Positions 1-4,825 of a stretch of DNA of 4,825 bases are shown one piece after another. Position 1 is the stretch's first letter; each line of letters begins with the position of its first letter. The stretch spans positions 1 through 4,825 of the IMG/VR virus record IMGVR_UViG_3300029006_000023, one strand, 5' to 3'. Made by a program: the position numbers and the translations under genes. Below the pieces are notes generated by a model. It was not told the DNA's origin. It saw nothing but the letters and a program-made list of their open reading frames with translations, and did no database searches. Source of the DNA: a virus. Its lineage: Duplodnaviria > Heunggongvirae > Uroviricota > Caudoviricetes.

Positions 1-2068
1 CCGTCAGGGTGTATTCCCCGAGCGGCAGGCCACTGAAACGGTGCTCCGTGTCTGCAGTGATAGCGGTGGTCACCAGACGGCTGTCTTCACCGCTTCCGCT
101 GGTCAGTCGCAGACTGAAGCGCACGCCCTTCACCACCCGCGGCGTGTCCCATTTCGCCTGCGCCAGATACTGGCCGTCAGCGGCGCTCACCTCCACCGTA
201 AGGTGCTGCACTGCCGGTGGGATGACGCTGTTCAGGGTGCCTGACTGCGGCTCAAAGCTGGCCCCGTTATCCACGATGGCTTCTTTTTCCGGCACATGCT
301 GCACTGCCGTGATGGCAAAGGTGCCGTCCGTGTTTTCCCGGATGGAGACACAGCGGAACAGGCGACGACGCAGTGACGGCAGGGAGAGTCCCCACACCCC
401 GTATGTCTCCACACCATCCGGCAGGGTACTGACCTGTATCCGGTCCGGCGCGGGGTGTGCAGTGATGTCCACGCTCACCGGCTTACCGCTGCCGTTAATC
501 AGGTTCACCGTCGAAGTACCTGTCTCTGGCAGGCTCACCTCACGGTCCAGTGTCAGGGTGCGGCTGGCGGCATCAATGGACAGGATGCGTCCGCCGGTCA
601 TGGTCCCGGCATAGTCGTTATCACAGATTTCAATAATGTCACCGGGTGTGTGACGCAGCCCCTGTGACCCGAGCGTGAAATCCACCGTCTGCGTTTCCAG
701 CAGTTCGGTCTTTATCACCCACAGCCCGGCACGGTGGGCCTGACCGCGACTGGTGCAGCCGAACGCATCCATCTTCAGCAGGTTGCGCCCGTAGCGCAGT
801 ATGGCGTCCGGGTCTTCCACCAGTTCCGTGGAGGTCTGCCAGCCGTTCTGCGGGTCGGTGTAATTCACCTCCACCGCCGTGTGACGGTCCTTCAGGGCAC
901 TGAAGCTGTAGCGGAACCCCACGCCGTTATCATCCACCACCACATCGCTGTTGGTGTACGGCCACACCACATCCGACGGGCGGTCCTGAACGAACGTCAG
1001 CGTCTGGCCGTTCCATACCGGCATACAGCGCATCGCCGAGCAGAAATCACTGAGGACGTCCCACGCCTTACGCTGTTGTGACAGGTACGCATTAAAGGTC
1101 ATCCGCGGCTCTGTGCCCCCGAAACCATCCGGGACCATCTGGTCGCAGTACTGCCCGATGGCATACAGCGCCCATTTGTCCACATCCGCCGCCCCCAGGC
1201 GTTTTCCCATTCCGTAACGCGGATGAGTCAGCATGTCCCACAGGCACCAGGCCGGGTTGTTGCTGTATGCCGGTTTCAGGCTGCCGTCCCAGATGCCGCT
1301 GTAAGTGCGTTTTTCCGGGTCATAGTTTGACGGCACCTGGATGATGCGACCGCGGATATGGTAGTTCACCGTCATCTGCTGACCGCCAAACTGCTCCGCA
1401 TCCACCTGCAGGCCCACAATCGCCGTGTTCGGGTAGCACTGTTTCACATCGATGATTTCGGTGTATGACGACCACAGCGTCTTATTCTGCAGCTGGTCCG
1501 TGGTGCTGTCCGCCGTCTCCCGGACCATCCGGATGTTAAAAGGACGCTCAGGCAGGTTATCCAGAATCACCGACGCCAGAAACTGCGAGGTGGTCTTGCC
1601 ATTAATGGTGACATCCTTTTCCGTCACCCAGTTACCGTTACGCTGTAACTGAATCAGCAGCCGGACAGAAGCCGGATTACGGTCACCCTCTGACGTGGTC
1701 TGCACCAGTGACTGCACCCCGAAGGTGACCCGCAGGCGGTCAATGTTCGCGGACGTAATGGTGCGCGTCACCGGCTTTGCCTTCGTCACTTCCACGCCCA
1801 GTGCGGTTTCAGCTCCGGAGGACTCAAAGCCTTCGGGTGGTGTCTGCTCCTGCTCCCCGGCGCGCCAGACCGCGGTCACACCGTGTATCACGGGATTACC
1901 GTCCGTGTCCGTCAGCGGGGTTTTGTTCACCAGAATACTCTGCAGTCCCTTCACCGGACCTTCAATCGGCCCTTCACCAATGGCGTCAATCACGCTCATC
2001 ATCTGCGTGGACTTAAGATTGTCCTTTGCCTCAACCGGCGTGTGCGCCTTGCCGCCACCTTTGCCCAC
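1..2068 (-). CDS. J: Tail tip / central tail fibre host-specificity protein J, N-terminal ~689 codons (partial; 3' end lies beyond window start)
   Basis: Not in the ORF track because it runs off the window. My manual minus-strand translation from GTG (complement of 2066-2068) gives VGKGGGKAHTPVEAKDNLKSTQMMSVIDAIGEGPIEGP..., continuing with no stop to position 2. It matches my recollection of the lambda J N-terminus (MGKGSSKGHTPREAKDNLKSTQLLSVIDAISEGPIEGP...) and contains conserved blocks such as CYPNTA, WCLWDMLTHPRYGMGKRLG, DAFGCTSRGQAHRAGLW and AITAVQHVPEKEAIVDNG. An in-frame TGA lies 25 codons upstream of the GTG. An alternative in-frame GTG exists at 2083-2081. Confidence 0.9.
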   Translation of the reverse strand, partial: MGKGGGKAHTPVEAKDNLKSTQMMSVIDAIGEGPIEGPVKGLQSILVNKTPLTDTDGNPVIHGVTAVWRAGEQEQTPPEGFESSGAETALGVEVTKAKPVTRTITSANIDRLRVTFGVQSLVQTTSEGDRNPASVRLLIQLQRNGNWVTEKDVTINGKTTSQFLASVILDNLPERPFNIRMVRETADSTTDQLQNKTLWSSYTEIIDVKQCYPNTAIVGLQVDAEQFGGQQMTVNYHIRGRIIQVPSNYDPEKRTYSGIWDGSLKPAYSNNPAWCLWDMLTHPRYGMGKRLGAADVDKWALYAIGQYCDQMVPDGFGGTEPRMTFNAYLSQQRKAWDVLSDFCSAMRCMPVWNGQTLTFVQDRPSDVVWPYTNSDVVVDDNGVGFRYSFSALKDRHTAVEVNYTDPQNGWQTSTELVEDPDAILRYGRNLLKMDAFGCTSRGQAHRAGLWVIKTELLETQTVDFTLGSQGLRHTPGDIIEICDNDYAGTMTGGRILSIDAASRTLTLDREVSLPETGTSTVNLINGSGKPVSVDITAHPAPDRIQVSTLPDGVETYGVWGLSLPSLRRRLFRCVSIRENTDGTFAITAVQHVPEKEAIVDNGASFEPQSGTLNSVIPPAVQHLTVEVSAADGQYLAQAKWDTPRVVKGVRFSLRLTSGSGEDSRLVTTAITADTEHRFSGLPLGEYTLT

Positions 2069-2072
2069 GGAA

Positions 2073-2080
2073 TCCCCCTT
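2073..2080 (-). promoter_or_regulatory. Shine-Dalgarno for J (AAGGGGGA on minus strand), 4 nt upstream of GTG start
   Basis: Minus-strand sequence reads gaagggggattccGTG; purine-rich SD at appropriate spacing. Confidence 0.5.
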
Positions 2081-2109
2081 CACTGTCCGCTGCCGGACAC
2101 TGTTGATGT

Positions 2110-2141
2110 ACAAAAACAACAGGCACCCCGGAGAGTGCCTG
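2110..2141 (-). terminator. Terminator-like hairpin oriented for the minus strand, ~40 nt upstream of J start
   Basis: Plus-strand caggcac (2120-2126) and gtgcctg (2135-2141) form a 7-bp GC-rich stem with an 8-nt loop. On the minus strand the stem is followed by UUGUUUUUGU (complement of 2110-2119). Function not established. Confidence 0.4.
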
Positions 2142-2179
2142 CATCATGACGGAATAAAAATTCTGAATATCTTCACATT

Positions 2180-2207
2180 TTCACAAACAGCCTGTGGCGC
2201 TTATAAT
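2180..2207 (+). promoter_or_regulatory. Candidate sigma70 promoter on plus strand: -35 TTCACA (2180-2185), 16-nt spacer, -10 TATAAT (2202-2207)
   Basis: Perfect consensus -10 hexamer, -35 matching TTGACA at 5 of 6, spacing 16 nt. Sits in an AT-rich island and is preceded by a tandem TTCACA-TTT-TCACA repeat (2172-2185). Predicted start around 2214-2216. Confidence 0.5.
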
Positions 2208-2213
2208 TTCACC

Positions 2214-2312
2214 GCGCTAATGTTTTTTTGCCCGAGTAACAGAAACAAAAATAACTCCTTAACGTTAATCTTTGTCTGTCCCCGCAGCTCCGCAACTCTG
2301 CGGGATTTTTTT
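2214..2312 (+). ncRNA. Candidate small non-coding RNA (~100 nt), antisense to the tail late operon, in the I-J intergenic insertion
   Basis: Bounded by the promoter above and the intrinsic terminator below. The only ATG (2221) opens a frame with no SD that reads through the terminator without a stop. Contains six consecutive A-R-N triplets (AAC AGA AAC AAA AAU AAC, 2238-2255) and ends in a GC stem plus U7. Confidence 0.4.
2281..2312 (+). terminator. Rho-independent terminator on plus strand
   Basis: cccgcag (2281-2287) pairs with ctgcggg (2298-2304), 7-bp GC-rich stem with 10-nt loop; alternative 5-bp stem ccgca/tgcgg with 4-nt loop. Followed by a single A and then TTTTTTT (2306-2312). On the minus strand the stem is followed by gacagac, not a U-tract, so it is unidirectional. 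Confidence 0.6.
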
Positions 2313-2318
2313 ATGCTT

Positions 2319-2999
2319 TTACCCCTGCCGCCCGATAACCACCACCTTCCCGCCAGCGCCTTCATCACGGGTGCTGACGTCCTGGGATATTCGCCGGGAG
2401 CCAACCAGCATTTCACCGTAAGGCACCGGCATCGGATTACCCTGGGCAATCATGTTATCCAGCGACGAAAAGTAGGTGTTCTGTTTACCGTTATCCGTTG
2501 CCCTGTATTCCGGTGTTTTGGGCTTCGGGGCAAGCATCTGAGCCACACCACCCAGAATCATGCTGGCCCCCAGTGAAAACAGCATCGTGGTGGCAGAAAA
2601 ACCACCGGCTGCCAGGGCTGAACCCCATAACGCCATTGATGCCCCGGCCGTGAAGAACGACCCCACGATGGCCGCCGCCCCCAGCACAATCTGCAGTCCG
2701 CCCTTTCCGGCTCCGGCCAGTCGCGGCACAATGTGGATGACCGTTCCCTCACCCAGTTGTTCGTGAAGACGGGCGTACACCGCCTCCGGTGCCGTGTCCT
2801 CACCGCGAATACGTATCTGGTACCAGCCTTCGTTCATCTGACGGCGGAATCCCGGCATCTGCATCGACAGGGCGCGAATGGCTTCCGCTGCCGTGTTCAC
2901 ATACAGGCTGAGGCGGCGGCCAAATCGTTGTAAATCCCCGTGAAGGCAGATGCGTGCCAGTGGCGGTGACGCCAGACAGAATGCGTTCGTCGTTGCCAT
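2319..2999 (-). CDS. I: Tail tip assembly protein I
   Basis: 226-aa ORF (MATTNAFCLASPPLARICLHGDLQRFGRR...NGKQNTYFSSLDNM...VVVIGRQG) closely resembling lambda gpI as I recall it. Hydrophobic Gly/Ala-rich central segment. Start overlaps the K 3' end by 103 nt out of frame, as in lambda. Upstream GAGAGG could serve as SD. Confidence 0.9.
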   Translation of the reverse strand: MATTNAFCLASPPLARICLHGDLQRFGRRLSLYVNTAAEAIRALSMQMPGFRRQMNEGWYQIRIRGEDTAPEAVYARLHEQLGEGTVIHIVPRLAGAGKGGLQIVLGAAAIVGSFFTAGASMALWGSALAAGGFSATTMLFSLGASMILGGVAQMLAPKPKTPEYRATDNGKQNTYFSSLDNMIAQGNPMPVPYGEMLVGSRRISQDVSTRDEGAGGKVVVIGRQG

Positions 3000-3640
3000 T
3001 TTTCGGAATACCTCTCCCGTTTACTCAGTTGTTCAGGCAGATGGTGAAGCAGTTCACCGTTGCCGCAGTAAATGGCGGCATGATTGGCCACCGATGCGCC
3101 AAAGCAGCACAGCAGGATATCGCCCGCCTGTGCAGAGGACAGGGGCACCCGGTAAAAGCCCGTTGCCTCCATATTGTCCAGGTACAGGTTCTGACCGTTG
3201 CGCCACCACTCATCCTCACGGTGAAAATCCGGCATCTCAATCCCCGCCAGATGGTATGCATCCCGGAACAGGGTGTAACAGTCCGTCACCCCGTGCTCAA
3301 AGCGCCGTCCGGTCAGGTGCGGCACACAGCGGAATTTGTGAATGTCACCCCGGCAGACCAGCCACCAGGGCAGTGCGCTTTTTATCTGCAGCCGCCGGTC
3401 TGCCTCGCTCAGCCAGGGCAGACCACCGGGATGACTGTGGACCAGTGCCACAATCTCCCCCTGCATCTCTGCCCGCAGCCAGTCTTCCGGTGCAATACGA
3501 AAATACGCCTCCGGCTCTGCAGAGATATTCACACAAGGGATATAGCGCTCCCCCTCCGGCGTTCTCACCACAAAGCCGCACGACTCCGCAGGCGCACACC
3601 GCCGGGCATGCGCCAGAATCGCTGATTCTGTCTGTGTCAT
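2897..3640 (-). CDS. K: Tail tip assembly protein K (MPN/JAMM plus NlpC/P60 domains)
   Basis: 247-aa ORF starting 5 nt after the L stop. Contains H68-S-H70-x7-S78-x2-D81 (HSHPGGLPWLSEAD), a JAMM/MPN metal-binding motif, and a downstream GVTDCY Cys typical of NlpC/P60. Matches my recollection of lambda K; the start could be internal, but the tight L-K spacing favours 3640. Confidence 0.88.
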   Translation of the reverse strand: MTQTESAILAHARRCAPAESCGFVVRTPEGERYIPCVNISAEPEAYFRIAPEDWLRAEMQGEIVALVHSHPGGLPWLSEADRRLQIKSALPWWLVCRGDIHKFRCVPHLTGRRFEHGVTDCYTLFRDAYHLAGIEMPDFHREDEWWRNGQNLYLDNMEATGFYRVPLSSAQAGDILLCCFGASVANHAAIYCGNGELLHHLPEQLSKRERYSEKWQRRTHSVWRHRHWHASAFTGIYNDLAAASACM

Positions 3641-3645
3641 TGGAT

Positions 3646-4344
3646 TTACTGCGAAAGTTTATTAATGGAAAGGAAACCGCCAAAATTGCCGACATTGTTG
3701 CGCATCTCACACCCGCGCATGCACTTGCTGCATTTGTCCTTTGTGATATCGGACGTCGGCTGGTCATACTCATCCGCCACCGCCCCGCCCGTGTAACCAC
3801 ACTCATCAGAGCGGTAGGTCCACATACAGGTGTTCGCCAGCATGATGCGACCGGGAAACAGCGCCCCGTCCGTCTCCGTCGGCGTGGCCAGCACAAACGA
3901 GGCCGTCATGGCCGTCAGCTCTGACATCTGCTCCACCACCCAGCGGTCGGTCAGCTCCTGCTCCGGGTCTGCCTCAGGATTGCCTGCCACAAAGTTCACC
4001 GCATCCAGAAAACGCGCATACACCCGACGGCGGACCACCGTGGCCCCCACCAGACTCTGCAGGTCCTCCGCCATACCGGTGACAAGACCGAACAGATTGG
4101 ACACCGTCAGCGACGGTCTGGCACTGCTGCCCTTCCCGTTCATCTCAAAGCCGCTGCCCTCAATCGGGTACGCCTCATACTTCCGCCCCTGCCAGGTCAC
4201 CGGCTCCCCTTTTTCATTCAGCTCATTGCAGAAAAAATACCGCTCACCGCCCTGCACCGTCAGGTCGATTTCCCAGAGCACCACCCGCGGTGACTGCTCT
4301 GATTTCACCGACTCATTCAGACTTTCTTCATGAATATCCTGCAT
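3646..4344 (-). CDS. L: Minor tail protein L
   Basis: 232-aa ORF (MQDIHEESLNESVKSEQSPRVVLWEIDL...CSKCMRGCEM...) matching lambda gpL in length and sequence as I recall it. C-terminal cysteine cluster (ECGYTGG...DKCSKCMRGC). Start ATG overlaps the M stop (TGATG). Confidence 0.93.
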   Translation of the reverse strand: MQDIHEESLNESVKSEQSPRVVLWEIDLTVQGGERYFFCNELNEKGEPVTWQGRKYEAYPIEGSGFEMNGKGSSARPSLTVSNLFGLVTGMAEDLQSLVGATVVRRRVYARFLDAVNFVAGNPEADPEQELTDRWVVEQMSELTAMTASFVLATPTETDGALFPGRIMLANTCMWTYRSDECGYTGGAVADEYDQPTSDITKDKCSKCMRGCEMRNNVGNFGGFLSINKLSQ

Positions 4345-4673
4345 CAGTTCACCACCTGCTTAAACTCGGCACTGAATTCAACCCGCAGCATCCCGACCCG
4401 CGCAGACCACCCGGCGCAGGTCACCTTTATCTGCCGGTATGCATAGGGTGGCTTCCACAAAAATGCCTTCCAGCCCCCGTGCTCTGCCAGGAATGCTTCC
4501 AGATGCCGGGCCTCCTCCCGGGTCACGGAAAGCATCACCCGGTATGTTTTCAGGTCAGCATTCAGCCCTGCCGCCATACGCTGCGAATAGCCGTCACCAA
4601 AACGCACTTCACGCACCGACGGCTGCGAGTTCACCTCCATATCCGGCTTCACTTTCCAGCGAAAGGTTTTCAT
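4344..4673 (-). CDS. M: Minor tail protein M
   Basis: 109-aa ORF (MKTFRWKVKP...LRVEFSAEFKQVVN), same length as and near-identical in my recollection to lambda gpM. Start ATG overlaps the H stop (ATGA). Confidence 0.93.
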   Translation of the reverse strand: MKTFRWKVKPDMEVNSQPSVREVRFGDGYSQRMAAGLNADLKTYRVMLSVTREEARHLEAFLAEHGGWKAFLWKPPYAYRQIKVTCAGWSARVGMLRVEFSAEFKQVVN

Positions 4674-4825
4674 CGCCTGCCTCCGGAAAAGACGCCGCCA
4701 TCACGCATCTGCGCCTGAATCTCATCCTGCGCCCCCTTGCGGGCCATGTCATACACCGCTTTCATCAGCTGCGGCCCTGCCTGCCCGTTGGGGCCGTCGT
4801 TCTGAATCACCACGTGATTGTTCTG
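4670..4825 (-). CDS. H: Tail tape measure protein H, C-terminal 51 codons (partial; 5' end beyond window end)
   Basis: Manual minus-strand translation of 4825-4673 gives QNNHVVIQNDGPNGQAGPQLMKAVYDMARKGAQDEIQAQMRDGGVFSGGRR then TGA at 4672-4670. Open throughout, with ATGA coupling to M and position immediately upstream of M as in lambda. Confidence 0.8.
   Translation of the reverse strand, partial: QNNHVVIQNDGPNGQAGPQLMKAVYDMARKGAQDEIQAQMRDGGVFSGGRR

Noticed and set aside
9-1081. Plus-strand ORFs 9-614 (201 aa), 41-244 and 734-1081 (115 aa)
   Set aside because: They lie entirely antisense to the J coding sequence, which translates cleanly on the minus strand with strong lambda J similarity. 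The products are Arg/Ser/Thr/Pro-rich low-complexity sequences typical of shadow ORFs in GC-rich DNA.
2141-2210. Possible minus-strand promoter inside the insert (TTGTGA at 2186-2181, TATAAG-like sequence around 2207-2202)
   Set aside because: No combination gave an acceptable -10 hexamer at 16-18 nt spacing; the best -10 candidates (GAATTT, GATATT, TATAAG) lack key consensus positions. A minus-strand sRNA ending at the 2110-2141 hairpin is therefore not supported, though not excluded.
2201-2449. Minus-strand 82-aa ORF overlapping the I 3' end, with an in-frame AAGGAG near 2255-2260
   Set aside because: It starts inside I in another frame and has no recognisable similarity. The AAGGAG is internal to this frame and any TTG-initiated peptide after it would be only ~15 aa; not supportable as a gene.
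1695-2576. Plus-strand 293-aa ORF spanning the J start, the whole intergenic insert and part of I
   Set aside because: It reads straight through a promoter and an intrinsic terminator and is antisense to two well-supported genes. The ATG at 2221 inside the candidate sRNA is in this frame but has no SD and no stop before the terminator.
2950-4333. Plus-strand ORFs 2950-3924 (324 aa), 2954-3625 (223 aa) and 3830-4333 (167 aa), and minus-strand alternate-frame ORFs 3345-3896, 3025-3261 and 2558-2803
   Set aside because: All overlap K, L or I in antisense or alternate frames, and their translations are compositionally biased with no recognisable motifs. The lambda-like genes explain the region fully.
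4290-4718. Plus-strand 142-aa ORF across the L/M/H junction
   Set aside because: Antisense to M and the H/M junction; His/Pro/Arg-rich shadow ORF.
1-4825. tRNA genes, CRISPR repeats, IS elements or an integrase/attachment site
   Set aside because: No repeat-spacer periodicity, no cloverleaf-like segments, no terminal inverted repeats flanking a transposase-like ORF, and no integrase-like ORF were seen. The window is interior to a prophage structural operon.

Overview
This window is the tail-tip assembly module of a lambda-like (lambdoid) siphovirus prophage of an enterobacterial host, with every gene on the minus strand. Reading right to left: the 3' end of tape-measure gene H, then M, L, K, I, and the first ~689 codons of J. 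The calls rest on my reading of the ORF-track translations against remembered phage lambda proteins; no search was run. Gene junctions show lambda-style compaction: H/M ATGA overlap, M/L TGATG overlap, a 5-nt L-K gap and a 103-nt out-of-frame K/I overlap. The one non-canonical part is the I-J junction. Lambda has, as I recall, about 60 nt here; this window has ~250 nt (2069-2318) that is AT-rich (~36% GC by hand count over 2141-2280, against a visibly GC-rich flanking sequence). It carries a near-consensus sigma70 promoter on the plus strand (antisense to the tail operon), a ~100-nt transcript with no usable ORF, and a strong intrinsic terminator. A second terminator-like hairpin faces the other way, just upstream of the J ribosome-binding site. 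I interpret this as a moron-type insertion encoding a candidate antisense small RNA; this is the main finding and is unverified. All plus-strand ORFs in the track other than this region are antisense shadows of the tail genes.
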